Shown: one piece after another, positions 1 to 22,151 of the stretch
Layout of the letters: every line of letters starts with the position of its first letter
Numbering within the stretch: the first letter of the stretch is position 1
Source of the DNA: the human T2T-CHM13v2.0 reference genome, Homo sapiens
NCBI RefSeq assembly: GCF_009914755.1
Contig: NC_060934.1
Reading direction: 5' to 3' (one strand)
Length of the DNA: 64,000 nucleotides
The notes under the pieces: model-generated
What the model saw: the letters and a program-made list of their open reading frames with translations, nothing else
The model's database searches: none
Told to the model about the DNA's origin: nothing
Translations under genes and position numbers: made by a program

Positions 1-140
1 CCCTGACGCCCACTTCTGTCTCCACTCAGAATACCCTGTTGTGACATTGAATCTTGGTCAGTTCTTAAAACCTGGAAGTCCTGGGCAGAGGGGCCATTTG
101 TAGATTATTCTAGGGGGTCTACATCTGCCTCATGCATGCC

Positions 141-750
141 TTCATTCATTCATTCATTCACTCAATACTTACCAGGCCTCTGAACACACACCAGGGCCCA
201 CACTGAGTATTGGGAATATAGTGAAGAACAGAACTTACCTGGTCCCTGTCCTGGTGGGGTGCTTACAGTCACCTGAAGAAGACAGATATCTTCCACAAAT
301 AATAACCACACAAATAAATAAATCATTGCAAATTGCAATACAGGTTATCAAAGGGAAAGACAAGTTGCTATGGGGGTCACAGAGGGACTGTTTCCAGAAG
401 GTGGGGGTCGTGAATGCTGCTCTGAGGAGTGACTTTTAAGATGAGACCTGAAGAATGAGTAGGAGTGGGCGGGTAAATCCTGGGAGGAGAACATTCAAGG
501 CTGATGGGTTTCATGAGTGGAGGACCTGGTGTAGTTTAAGGAGCTGGAAGGTCAGCAGCATGTCTGGGGCTGGGGAAGGGAGCAATAGTGGCTGGCAGGT
601 GACATGGCAGTAGCGGGGCCAGGAGCCAACCAGGCAGGGCCTTTTGTATATGGCATAGATCTGTAGTTTTGTCTTAAGTGTAAATAGAAACAACCTAAAG
701 TCTGAAGGAGGAGAACAAAGTGATCAGAATTGCAGTTTGAAAAGATACCC
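141..750 (-). mobile_element. L2 LINE 3' fragment
   Basis: Begins with (CATT)n, the reverse complement of the L2 (GAAT)n tail, followed by typical L2 3' sequence; interrupted by an Alu at 755. Confidence 0.7.
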
Positions 751-754
751 AGTG

Positions 755-1051
755 GGCCAGGCACGGTGGCTTGTGCTTGTAATCCCAGCACTTTGGGAGG
801 CCGAGTCAGGCTGAGTCGCTTGAGCCCAGGAGTTTGAGACCATCCTGGGCAATGTGGTGAAACCCCATCTTTCAAAAAAAAAAAAAATTAGCCAGGCATG
901 GTGGTGCACACCTGTAGCCCAAGCTCCTTGGGAGGCTGAGGTGGGAGGTTCACCTGAACCTGGGAAGTCAAGGTTACAGTGAGCCATGTTGGCAACACTG
1001 CACTTCAGCCTGGACATGGGAGTAAGAACTTGTCTCAAAAAAAAAAAAAAA
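755..1051 (+). mobile_element. Alu (AluJ-like), full length
   Basis: GGCCAGGCACGGTGG start, two arms, A-tail; imperfect TSD ATACCCAGTG / ATCCCCAGTG. Confidence 0.95.
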
Positions 1052-1529
1052 TCCCCAGTGCTTTATGAAAGCTAATTCAAAGAGGCAGGACAGCAAATGG
1101 TGGGATGGGGTGAGGGAGTAACCGAGGAGGCCAGGCAGAATCGGAAATAATTAGTTATCATTTTTGTTATTTAGTCCAACCTCAGTCCAGACTACTGGAA
1201 CTATTGAAGAGGTAGCATGATAATGCCCTGGTGAGTCTGAGATTTAATTCTAACCAGGTTCAGAATAGCCCCTTAAAACTGCCCTCTGGATTGAGAGAAT
1301 TCTCATATTTGAAACCCTGGTGAAGGCAGAGACAGCCACAGAATCGCTCCCCTCGGGGATGAGCGTTCAATTCCTCACCCCCGAAACCACGTTGTTTTAC
1401 TCCTTTGCCAACTGGAGACTAAACCAAGAGAAGTCAAAAGACACTTTGCTCCTTGGTGCTTATTAAAATGGCAAGTAGACTGAGGGCGGAAATGAAAATG
1501 GAAGAATTTGACCTGTGATCCAGATGGCC

Positions 1530-2070
1530 TGGCAGTCAGGGTCCAGTCAGGAGCTGGACCTGCAGACGGCACTGCAGTTATTTTAACAAGTGAATTTAAC
1601 ATAAAGAATTATTAACCAGGTATTATAGAACTGAAAAGACGAAAAGTAAACATGAAGGTATAGAGTGTGGAGAACAGAAAGAAGCGGAATTATCAAAGCT
1701 TAGAAGCTTGGAGGAAGGTCTCTGTGAGACTGGGACCCAGATTTTTAAGCAGGAGGGGCTGCTTGGCTGGTAGGGCAGGTAAACCTAGAGGTGACACGGT
1801 GGGGCTGATTCTGGGGACGTTGGTGGAAGAACTGAAAACGAATCAACTGCTTCTCCTGGAACAAACTGATGCTGATAGGAACAGAAAGCAGAGTCCCGCC
1901 TCCATCTCTCAGCCTTGCAGCCTCCCGCTAGCGCCCTCTATTGGCAGTTCCCCACAGGGAGCAGCTGGCGAAACAAACATGGGGTTTGTTGGGTCCCAGC
2001 CCCAGCATCACGAAGCAGAGAAAGCAGAGTGGGTATGGCTGGAAGACAAGAGCTTAATTTTTAAACTGGG
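1530..2070. mobile_element. Ancient LTR-like element (family uncertain)
   Basis: GTCAGGGTCCAGTCAGGA...ATTTAACATAAAGAATT pattern resembles old ERVL/MaLR-type LTR ends; heavily diverged. Confidence 0.4.
1929..1946 (-). promoter_or_regulatory. CTCF core motif
   Basis: Minus strand reads TGCCAATAGAGGGCGCTA, a close match to CCASYAGRKGGCRS. Confidence 0.55.
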
Positions 2071-2339
2071 TTATTTGCCTACATATTGAGTTGTCAGAGT
2101 TCTTTATATATTTTTACATACTTAATGTCCTCCTAGAGAAAGACATCTCAACTAGGTAATAAGGAAAAGTAATACTTTATATTTTCCATCTATCTGAAAA
2201 TATATGTAGCATTGTACACATATACATCTTTACAAAAGAATAGAAAATTTTTAAAATTTTGAAGTTGGTGGTTACATTTTTCTAAATGATTAAATGATTG
2301 TTTGGGACTCTGGTTTATTATGATTATTATGTTGGAGTT

Positions 2340-4315
<1,976 letters not shown>

Positions 4316-6785
4316 TAATATCTATTCGCACTAGTCTCAAGGAGTAATTGCTTTAAATGCATTGTACTTGAACAGTTCACTTCCGTGAGTATTTTTCTCC
4401 ATTTCGTAAATTTTAATCATAGACATGAAAGTGGCTGGGCTGCAGCATGTGCAGCTTGGTGCTGACGATGTGCATCTGTCAGCCCCAGCTGTCCCCATGC
4501 TTCTCACGTCACAAGCTAAAGATATTCCTCAGAGCTACCTGCCCAGTAAGAGGTGATGCCATTTTTGGATAGAAGAACCTTGCTGTGGAGTATCCAGGCA
4601 ATGGCCCTCCCCCATACATAAGCTCAATGACATTTTCTCAGTCCATATTTTAAGCAAAAATAGCTCTAATATTATAAAATAAAAGGACCTATGGGCTATA
4701 TTTTGATTATCATAGTGAGTGATCATGATCAAAGTTCAATTGAAAATAATTTAACAATATTAATTTTAAAAGATTGTAATCAATACAATATTAATTTAGT
4801 TTATAATAATAAGTTTATTTGCTAAGTAAATAAATATCACAAAGATTCCACAAACCCCTAAATCAAACTAAAATATGCTAGAAATTAGATGCACAAAGTA
4901 AAAAACGTTAAGAAAGATTACAGACTTAAACACAATACTGAATAGTGTATGCTTTTAGGAGGCTTTATTTCATTTCAACACAAGATGTTTGTTTGCTGAC
5001 ATTTACTCAGAAGCAAAAACATTCACACTGGAGAGTATAACTCGGAGGCAGGGAAAGACACAGCTCAATTAGCTATAAACATTCACAGAAATTTTATTTT
5101 TAGACGAAATCTAATTCTTGGTAGGATGAGTTAAAACATGTAAGTTAAAGAATTAGAGATCAAACAAAATAACTAAAAGCACATATTGAAATCTGCAGAG
5201 GATGTGAGTCATTTTTCCTATGGCTATTTAATATTTTTAATTTACATTCAAACCCATCCTCAAGAAATAATAAGTCAGGGTTTCAATACCAGCAAATAAA
5301 ATGTAATAACCCCCTAGGAGCCCACTAAGAAACCAATCCACTCTGGCAAAGTGACAGATGACTGAGATCTTGTGAAACAAAAAAATGGAAATGCCAAGCA
5401 AAAGACATAACTTTTTTTAAAAAAACTATGCGTACATATATATTTGTGTATGTGCAAATGTATGCCTGTATATAGGTATGTGTTTATACATATATTCTTA
5501 TAAACTGATGTGTATGTATATATTTAAGTTTTACCAAATATGGCATTTTTAAATGGTACTTTATATATTTTTTCAATTTTGATATTAATGTAAACATTAA
5601 TATCAAAAGTACATTACCTGGCATTTAAAAATACTGTTTACCATAATTTTATCAACATGCCAGTGCCCCTGAGATGCGAATTAAAGGCCCAGAGAACATT
5701 TGGTAGTGGTAGATAATGCTTAAATATACATTTCTTTCTTAAAAAAAGAAAAAAACACTTACCTCAAGAATAGAATTCAAATGATTGGCTCATTAACTTT
5801 GAAATACTAATATATAGAGAGAGTACGTCTGACCATTTTTTATAATGATAGCCCACAAGTCTTCCAAAAATACTGATTCAGGCAATTCTCTGTAAAAGTG
5901 TTTTCATTCTTTATAAAAAGGATACAACATCTCTGAAAGGTATCAGGGAACAATGGCAGTCTTTCGCCCATATAAAATATAATGCCAACGATCCAGGGAG
6001 TTACCTGTTGAGTAAGAATTAGATGAAGCCATCGAATTGTGTGCTAAAAAGAACATGCCACACCAGAGGACCCTGTCACGGTACACCTGTGTGTGTGCAG
6101 GAGTCCTCGGGAAGGGGAAAGCAGAAAAAAAGAAAAGAGAAAGCAAGTGTTAGATGACAGTGGAAAAAAATGACTTGTCAGCCTCTCGACTGCCAAAATA
6201 ACTCCATCAAGAACTTACAACTACTATTGGCTCATGTTGGAAAATGGGAGTGAAGACAGCCAATTCAAATCACAGGAGCACACCCATCACAGCCGCGCGG
6301 AATGTGCAGGAGGGGCCCGAATCCAGGGCTTAGAAAATACAGCACAGGGGAGATGGGGAGAAATTCTGAAATAGGCAGCATTCATCAGTGCCCTGGATAT
6401 TTTCAGGTTTTGGCCTTTAAAGCAAGACTTCCCTTCTTCCTGAATTCCCTCCTAAGTCAGAGTGCTTCGCGACACACTATTGTTTTAATTTTCCCCTTAT
6501 TATAGCATTATTCATAAAATATGAAGAAGAACTGGCACCAAACAAGTGACATGCGTCTCCCTTCTATGGGCCATATAAATAATGATGCATTCCAGTTCTC
6601 TTCAGGGTTCTTCTATGACTAAGCTGAGCACTAATGAGGCGTCAACTGCCCTGGAACTCCTTCCAGAGTGGGTGGCTGCCATCCCAATCCTAAACTTCTA
6701 GCTTCAAAGGTTGCAGAGAGAATACTGCCACTTCTCTGCCCCGGAATTTGGGGCCAACGCAGAGCACCCTCCATGGGCCACTGTC

Positions 6786-6847
6786 TCTGAGACACCTAGC
6801 ATCTGAGACACCTAGCACCTAGCATCTGAGACACCTAGCACCTAGCA
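6786..6847. repeat. Nested short tandem repeat (TCTGAGACACCTAGCA x3 with CCTAGCA sub-duplications)
   Basis: Units at 6786, 6802 and 6825; the last two are followed by an extra CCTAGCA. Confidence 0.9.
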
Positions 6848-8686
6848 CTGGCTCTCGAGTAGGTGGCTTAGGTCTCCCTGCCTGGTGTGTTCAAGCACGA
6901 TAGTCAGAGAATTCCAGCAGAGAGAAATTAGTGCTAATGTGGAGTTTTCATAGGATGAGGGCCAGCTGGGTGGAGTGGGGTGGGAGCGGGGCGGAGGATG
7001 TGTCCAGCGAAGCCTGAAGTCATTGCATAGAAGCCGCACAAAGAACATGGCCAGGACCATTAGCCACCCAGCTGGACCTGCTTTGTGTCTGGTGAGCACA
7101 GGCATTTCAGCAGTGTCTCTCCCTCCATGGCATGCCTTTGCTGTATATTTTAATTCTTGTCTTTGATTAAACATTGATCATAATGCATGAGTTCCTGATG
7201 TTTCGTGACATGAGAATTCTGCAGTTACCGCTGAAAAATTTTATGACCATGCTCTGCAGAGGAATTGATCATACAGGGTTTACTAGCCTGGAAGATGGAT
7301 GACTCGCAGCGGCACCCAATCTGGCATCAGGAGCTCAAGGAGAGGCGTTTCATGAAGCGCCGTGAGACTGCGCCCAGCCACCCACTGTCCTGCTTCCTCT
7401 AGAAAATAAGATATAGGGCTCACCGGGCTAAACGTTCTGTCATTTCTGTGTTAACGTCACACATGACTGTAGAATACTGAGTTTCATTTGACTCCCAGGA
7501 GGTATACATTTTGGACTCTTACATCCCATCCTCCATTTGTGTCAAGGTCAAACTATATTATTACTCAACTAGTACACAGTACTTGACTAACTTTGATCTG
7601 GGAGTGAAGAAACGGTGAAGTTCACATATTAAAGACTCTTTATGGAGCTTCCAAAAGGCCTATCTCGGCCAACAAGGAATTACGGAGAAAGATGCTAGAA
7701 GGCTTCATTTACTTACCAGCCTTCACAGTCTCAGTGCCAGAGTGTGCGTGAACACTCCATTCACAGGCAGGTTTAGAAATCTCTGTGTAGGAGACATCTG
7801 TGGCTTCTCAGATGGGGCATTTACAAATAAGCACACCATTTATATGGAATGGCACATTCTAGATGGTTTCTGCTTTCCGTTTTTAATGAAACCATAGATT
7901 TCTGGAATCAGAGCGTAATGAACAAATTACAAATCTATGCACTTCTCAAGCAATTTTAGCACTGATGTGACTTCTAAATTGTGAGTTCTTTACTTCTTAT
8001 TCCTGTATTTGCATATCTGTTCAAATCCAAGTGATTAAAAAGGAGCTGTCAAGGTTGATAGGCCTAAAATTAGAGCTGACTGTTCGTTTTGAATGTACAC
8101 ATTAATATTAGATGTGTCTACTTCCTATTTTTCTCTGAACCTTCAGGGAAAGGAGATTGAAATGCATCAACAGATTGGGACATTTTATTTCTTAAAAAAA
8201 ATTTCAAAAGGAGACATTAACAACATGTAAATAAATCCGCAATAAAGTGCCACTCCACTTTAGCAAAGTGGATAGGACATTTTTAAAAACACAATTTTAA
8301 AGAAAAGCAAATTTCTACCAACTTGATTTAAATTGCCCTCCAATGGCTTCAGTCCAAAAGAAAAAATCAACAATCTCTTGCCTAAGAAGTGACATAGATG
8401 GTTTTTAAAAATCCTTTTATTCAATATGACTAACCTATAAAAAATATATTTTAACCTGTGTCTTTAAACCTATAAAATGCCTTCTGATTACCTCATCCTT
8501 CACAGCAATTTCATATACATTTATCCACCAGAAAAATTACTATGAGATACACTTTTTTAAATCTTTTTTCTTCCTGTTTGAAAAAAGGTAATTTGGTATT
8601 TAGAGGAATTATACAATATTTATGGCTCCCTCTTTGAAATGCCGTGTGTGGAAATAATACTGCTTCAATAAATAAAAAGCTCTTCA

Positions 8687-9015
<329 letters not shown>

Positions 9016-10921
9016 AAACCCTTTGTTTTGGCACATTTCTATAAGATTGCCGAGGGAGGACAGAGAATCAGTCCCTTTCCCCACCCAGTCTTGTAGGCTT
9101 AGGGCAGTGTCCACAGGAAACTGTCTCAGGACACTGCCCTGAGCCAGAGGTGCGCTGCCCTGCCCACTTCTGCACTGCTACCCTAAACCTGGCAATGTAT
9201 GTGTTTTTCAATGACGCCTCAGGTAACACCAGAACCAAAAGGATCCATCTGGTTTTTGACAGCATTTAATCAGTTACCATACAGGAAACATGATATGGCT
9301 ATTGACTTTTTCCAGAAAGCAGCAGTTTTGTAGAGTAAAACGGGGTACATCCACCTTACTTAAGCAAAGGTTGGGCTCCTGACCTTCTTTTTTGGGAAGA
9401 ACGCTGTTACTGACTCAAGCATCACTGATGTTTATTTCAGAGGCTGGAGGTCCAGCCTGCAGGAGCTACAGGGTTTTGAGAGGTTCAGACTGCTGTAGCC
9501 ATGGGCAACATTACAGTCATGCACATGACAGGAACCTAATACAGCCATCGTTCCAAGTGGCTGGCGTTGTTAGCTCTAATCTGCTCAAATGTCCTTTGTA
9601 ATTAGTAATTTGATAACCCCTGGTCTTAAAGGAATGTACTTGGAAGGTAAAACCCCAACTCCTTCAAGGCAGGTTCTGGACCCCAGGTAACTTTTTGAAA
9701 GAATTTTTGTATTCATCTTGCTTTGACTTGATGTAAGATTTGATTTTGCTCAAAATGAGTGATTGTTTAAAAGTCCTGCCATGTGGAACGGCAGTTCATT
9801 GGAAAAGTGCGATTCTCTGTGTGAGCAAATTGCCTGTGTCTGTCTTCGAGCTTTCCATTTGCAGGGCTTGTGGAGCAGCAGTTAAGGTGTCTTGATGATT
9901 AAGTTACCTGTGGCTGGCCCAGCTCGGCCGAGGGGGCTCCCCATTAGGGACAAATGCTGTAAGGATTCCCCAAAAGTCTTCAGCTGGGCTACTGAGTGCT
10001 CGGGAGGTGCTGTCAGGGGCTTTCTGGAGGCAGCGTGTCCACTACCCACACCACTGCTGTGCCTGCAGTAGAACCAGATCAAGAATCCTTCCCCCAAAGA
10101 ACAAGAGGAATTCTTTTCTACTCATTTCCTTGTCTGTGACACTCAAGTGTCTGAGGATTACCCTGCCTTCTCACAGAAGGTTACAAACACGCACTCAACT
10201 CCATACACATTTTGGTTTCCACACAAAATGGTTTTTCCTGTTATCTGGTAAAAGAGTCTTTGAGTCTTACCTCAGGGAGGTCTGGGTCTAACGCTTAGAC
10301 CCACATTCCACAAGACTAGGTCAGGAGATCTGGTTTTAGCGATTGCTTTATAAATACTGTACCTTCTCCTGAGGTTTGAAGCTTAGATGCTCAGGGATAG
10401 AGGAGCTGATGATTAAGGTGGGGGTAGAGGTTACAGGAAATGCTGAGAATAGGCTCCCCAGATGCTTAAAGGACTTGTCATTTTATAGAATTAATACAAT
10501 TTGCTGATCTTTAGAGAATTTTATGCTTAACATGCCATTGGGAACACACTAATAACAACTTTAAGAATTGAAAGCACCAACTGTCAAGTTAGGTGGGGAT
10601 GAGGTAGGGGTCTAAAGACAAAGGGATGGCTTTAAAATCCATGTAAAAGAGCAGTCAGGTCCCCATATTTCCATTGCCAACCAATGTTTTCAAATCAGTA
10701 CCTCATACCCGTAAAAGATAACACATTACCAGAGAGTCTCAGACTCAAGAGTGTGAGGGACAGAGGAAGTTGGAACAAATGCCTGACTCAAGCCAGGGGG
10801 ATTGAGTAAAAGTCGCAAAGTGAACGGTGAGGTACAAGTCCTCTTCTTCCCCCCAGCTCCATAGCATTACTAGCAGTCCCTGCACCCAGGCAGAAAAACG
10901 AGAGATCCCTCTTTGAAAATT

Positions 10922-11273
<352 letters not shown>

Positions 11274-11608
11274 TCAACTCAAAAGATGACCTGCTTTCCA
11301 CATGTGTGTACACACACACAAGCACATAAACACACACATACTGATGCAGCTTTCAACCAACTCTTTATTGTCTCACGCCTAAATATGATCAGCCAAGGCT
11401 CACCTTTAATGACAGGCTCCACCATGAAAGATAAATATCAAAATGATTAAAATGTAAAAAATAAGAAAGGAACTTAAAGGAAACAGAGGCAACATAGGAT
11501 GTGAAATATTATTTCAAAACAATTATAGTTAATATCCTTAAAAAGGTAAGAGAGAACTTTACAACCATGAAACAAGAACAGGAAGCTACAAAAAGGAAAA
11601 ACCAGGAA

Positions 11609-11737
11609 GCCAGGCATGGGGGCTTATACCTGTATTCCCAGGTTCCTAGGTACTTAGGAGGCCGAGGCAGGAGAATTCCTTACGCCCAGGAGAGCTTGAG
11701 GCCAGCCTGGTTAGCATAGTGAGATCTTGTCTTTAAA
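11609..11737 (+). mobile_element. Alu monomer (FLAM-like)
   Basis: Single Alu arm GCCAGGCATGG...GCCAGCCTGGTTAGCATAGTGAGATCTTGTC. Confidence 0.8.
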
Positions 11738-11781
11738 TATATATATTTTAAAGGAACAAACAGAAAATATGAAAGTACATT

Positions 11782-12173
<392 letters not shown>

Positions 12174-12965
12174 TAAAAATATCTGGGAAAACAAACAAAA
12201 AAATCAATAGAAGGACTGAAATGCAAAGTCAAGGAATTCTTCAATTCTTCCAGAAAGTATAACATTAAGAAAAAGAGAGAATGGGACAGAAAAGATAAGG
12301 AAATGGTGGATCAGTCCAGCATGTCCAATATGTGACCAGAAGGCATTATAGAAAGATCAAGCAAAGAAGAATGATGTAAGATTTTTTTTTTAAATGACAA
12401 TACGATTACTTCCCATATTCAAAGGATCTGAGTCTCTGGAAAGAAAAGGCCCTCTGTATGTTCAAAATAATGAAACAGAAGCTTTATAATCATGAATCTT
12501 TAGAACACCAAGAACACAACGAAGACCTCAAAAACTTTCAAGTATAAAAAAAAATACATCCTAACCCAAGATTCAACAATTAAAAATAGCATTGGACTTC
12601 TCAGCTGGTTTTGAAACAGAAGTGCAATGAAAGAAAAAATCTTCAAAATTCTGAGTAAAAATAATTCAAATCTGTAAGCCTATACCCAAACAGACTACTA
12701 ATCAAAGTAAGGGTAGAATTTTCAATTTATGAAATTCTCAAAACCACATACCTCCCTTTCTTGGGAAGCAACAGGTGCTCTACTTTAAAAGAAGCGAATA
12801 ACCCAGGAACAAGACAGATAAGAGACCCACAAAGGAGGAGATTCAATAAGCAAAGAGGAGAAAGAAATTATCTGGATTATGGCAAAGGAAAATCCCCAGA
12901 TACCTTCAGAGCAGCCAGCCTGGCTTAAAGAAAGTTAAAAGGAGTCCAGAAAGACAGTTTCTCAG

Positions 12966-12994
<29 letters not shown>
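12966..12994. repeat. (CA)n microsatellite
   Basis: Directly visible, ~14 units. Confidence 0.95.
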
Positions 12995-12996
<2 letters not shown>

Positions 12997-14314
12997 CACA
13001 GCTAGTTAACTTCTTAACTGACAGGTAGATTGTGTGAAGAATTGTATTGATACATCTTCAGAGAGTACAGGAATAAGGAGCGTCTTAGGCAAATGAGAAG
13101 AAAACCTACATAAATTGAAAAGATGAGGCACTTGGAAACTTGGAAAAGTAAATGTCTACAGAAAAGAAAATGTAATCATACCACTCTGCATCATCAGCAG
13201 TGAATAATATTTACACTATTAAAATAGTTAAAAACCCTGAAGGTAGATTTAAATAAAAATAAAGATGCTATACCAGAAAAATGGGTTGGGAGTTAGGATA
13301 AATGAGCCAGAATCTCATCTCTCTTAAATGAAGCCAATAAGACAAAGCTAAAGTCTTTGAATCAAGTCATAACATGTGGAGATAAATATTTTTAAAATCA
13401 GGTGAAAGAGTTTAAAAGTAATCAACTCTGTACAACAGAACAGGGCAGGTGCGCAGGAAAGGCAACAAGTTCGTGTTCTAAGCTTTTGGTACTGCTTTGA
13501 TAAAAACAGCAACTAATCAAAAAAAAAGAAAAATGGTATAAGTATATCATTTAGAGTTAGAGAGGAAACTTCAGAAGTTCTATCACAGAAAGAATTAAAG
13601 GGAGTTACCTCTAGGGAATAGGTTGGGTTACAGAGAAGAAGGAGATTTTGATGTTTCACTTTAAACTGTTTAGCATCATGTACATATTGCTTTAATAATG
13701 AAGAAAAACAAAAAAATTATAGAATTTTTAAGGTTATTATAGCAATTTAAAAAGATGTCACAATATCTAATAACCGCCCAAAGAAAAATGTGATAGCTAA
13801 CAAATATTGAGGGCTTCCTGAGTGCCAGTTACTGAGCTAAATGCTTTTCCATGAATTATCACATTTGGTGTTTATAATGCCCTGTGGTAGTGACTGTCGA
13901 CTAATCCCCAATTTAACACATAAGGAAGTTAAAGCTTAGCAAGGCGAAGTAACTTGATTAGTAACAAGTCATGGTGGAGCAGAATTGAAGACTAGATCAT
14001 CCCAAACACAAACCCTACACTTTCAGCCACTCTGCCAGGTTACCCTCGCTGCAGGCAGCAGTCTGCAAAACTGTGCTCAAGGACTTTCTGTTCTCTGTGT
14101 CAAAATGGAAGCAGCTGTGAGTAGTGTTATGGAGAACATTTGTGGCTACATTTTCAAGTCTTGTATTTCACTTTTGCTCAAGTCCTTGTTCACATCTTTG
14201 ATTTATGCTGAAAAAATGTTCCCCTAGAACCTGGATTTTGGGTCTGTGTTAGAGTACTGTATATAGCTGTGTTAGGCTATATAAAGCTCTCCTTTCAGAA
14301 ACAGGAGCTCTGAG

Positions 14315-19460
<5,146 letters not shown>

Positions 19461-19619
19461 AGAAACAGGAGCTCTGAGTGAAGAAAATGTCAACGATTTT
19501 AAAATTCAGTGATACAATCCTGCAAAACGAAGCCCACTACCAATCAGACTATTAGGGTTCAGGGCAAGATACAGTTTATGGACCCTGACAATTATAAATC
19601 CTGAAGATAGAATCCTACA

Positions 19620-20100
19620 TTTACCACCCACCCAAAGTGTATGGAACCAGTAAGATGAAAATTTAGACAATATCAAGAGTTGGAAAGGATCAGAGCAACT
19701 ATTATAATAGAAATCTTACACATGATATGTATGTCAATTAGTACAACCATTTTAGAAAACTGTCAATATCTAAGAAATCTGAACATAAACTTACCCTACG
19801 ACTAGGTAATTCTACGCCTTGAAACCCATACATATATTCCTCAAAAGCATTGTACAGGATGTTCCTGGCAGTGCTATATTTAATAGTCAAAACACTGGAA
19901 ACAATGCAAATATCCACCAACGGGAGAGATGGATAGTTAAATTATGGCACAGTCACACAATGGAATAGACGACAGCAAACAAGCAAGCAAACAAACAAAC
20001 AAAAACCCTATCAATACTTGCAACAATGTGGAAGAATTTAACAAACATTGTTGAATGAAAGATCTAGATACAAAATAGTACATATTAAAGATTGTCATCG
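19620..20100 (+). mobile_element. Old L1M 3' fragment
   Basis: Degenerate L1 ORF2-end/3'UTR motifs (TAGTACAACCATTTTAGAAAAC, CACACAATGGAATA). Confidence 0.65.
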
Positions 20101-20769
20101 TTTTACAGTGATATCAGGGATTGCAGAGCTGCCACCTCTCGCTAGAGCTGGAACTCACCGGATCCCGTGCCCATTGCCATCCTGTGCAGGGCTCCAGGAG
20201 CTGTCTTCTGCCGGCTGCCACCTTTGCAGGAAGAACCCCATGCACCTGCCACTGCGACAGGTGCTCCTGCCAGACCTGCAGCTTTCCACAGTCCCCTGCT
20301 ACTGCCCCTAGCAGGGATCTACAGCCCTGCCTCACCAGAGGTGCCGTCAGAAAGAGAATGGCTCCCACCTTCTCCTGCCTAATGCAAGAGTCTCAAATTG
20401 GCAGAAGCTAATGGAACCCCAGCTGCTCCTGTAGGTTTGTATCCCCGCAGAATAAAAGAGCAGATACAAAGGCCTGGAAGAGCAGATGGAGAAATGTGTG
20501 CTGCAGATGATATCTGGCACAGTTTTAAATACTTGTTATTCTAAAATGTATGCAGCCCTGGTCATTGTAACCACACCGATATCTAAGGAGAAAGTGAGAC
20601 TGAGTAGGCTGCAGTTCATTTTAAGGGGACTTCAAAAAAATATGTGTAAGAAGAGTAAATTTTTAAAATTTTTCAGTTTTGGTAAAAGGCTAATTGAACA
20701 TCTTTTCTTTTTAAGAGGTGTACATATTCCTTCAGTGTCTCCTGTGGAAGAAAAAAAAAACCAATATCC

Positions 20770-20970
20770 TTGTGTAGCACATCACAAAGTACTTTGACGC
20801 ATCTCTTTTTATTCTTTATAAAGCCTTTCTGAGATATGACATGTTTCACCATTCAGAGAAACGGAGGCTCAAGCAAGTTTAAGGGTCGTGCCCCAGGGCA
20901 CCTGGATGGTAATTGGTGAAACGGGAACCTGAAGGCCGCCCACCTGCTCCCTGGTCAGAGCTCTTCCCAT
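20770..20970 (-). mobile_element. MIR
   Basis: MIR core-like CAGAGAAACGGAGGCTCAAGCAAGTTTAAG...GCCCCAGGGCAC. Confidence 0.6.
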
Positions 20971-21203
20971 TGCTTCTCTAGGGTCTCCAGGGTGGTAAAG
21001 GTCTCAGGACACAGAAGCTGCACTGTGTAAGGGACTCTGGCCATGGCTACTAGACCTGGTCCTCACAGACCAAGAAGGGTGAGTGAGACCCACCAGCCCA
21101 GTGTGGTGCCTCGGAACGAACTGGTCAACCTTGTACCCAATGCCCCACCCACTCCATGTGCCGTGGAGATACATAGATGATTGCCATATTGTAATTAGAT
21201 TGG

Positions 21204-21565
<362 letters not shown>

Positions 21566-21787
21566 TAACAAACCTAGACAGATGTTGGGCATTTGGCTTT
21601 ATGTCCCCAGAGCTGACATTCTGTTAGTAGCTACCTAAAGGTAATTAAAGATGAAAGGGATATATCTAAAACATTATGGAAAACGACTTCTTTTCCACCT
21701 TCCCTGCAAGAGTCTGATGGAAACACAGAGAAAATTCCAAGCCATTGGCAGGGAAGAAAGCAGCGCTTGGTGTGGGAAAGAGCCTCA

Positions 21788-22151
21788 TTAAACTCATGGA
21801 CATAGAGAGTAGAAGGATGGTTACCAGAGGCTGCAAGGGGTAGTGGGGAACTGGAGGTGGGGGAGGAGGAGACAGTTAATGCGGACCAAAAACACAGTTA
21901 GAAAGAATGAGTAAGACCCGCTGTTTGATAGCACAACCGGGTGACTACAGTCAATAATAACTTAATTGTACATTTTGAAATAACTTAAAGTGTAATTGAC
22001 TTATTTGTAGCTCAAAGGATAAATGCTTGAGGGGATGGATACCCCATTCTCTATGACGAGCTTATTCACATTGCATGCTTGTATCAATATAGCTCATGTA
22101 CCTCATAAATATATACATCTTCTGTGTACCCACAAAACTTAAACAAATAAA
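21788..22151 (+). mobile_element. L1MA 3' end fragment
   Basis: L1MA 3'UTR (AACTCATGGACATAGAGAGTAGAAGGATGGTTACCAGAGGCTG...TGTACCCACAA); TSD AAAGAGCCTCA at 21777-21787 and 22152-22162. Confidence 0.85.

Noticed and set aside
4535-4732. Possible further exon of the minus-strand candidate gene
   Set aside because: Weak donor (CAG|GTAGCT) and lies beyond the in-frame stop and AATAAA; not supported.
5943-6146. 67-aa unspliced minus-strand ORF
   Set aside because: Starts in a polypyrimidine tract and runs through a splice donor; better explained by the spliced model, although the 82-nt exon is open in this alternative frame.
6786-6847. Direct repeats as a CRISPR-like array
   Set aside because: No unique spacers, eukaryotic context, simple slippage pattern.
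20110-20520. GC-richer segment with Cys-rich short ORFs
   Set aside because: No splice or Kozak support; probably a decayed LTR-like repeat that I could not assign.
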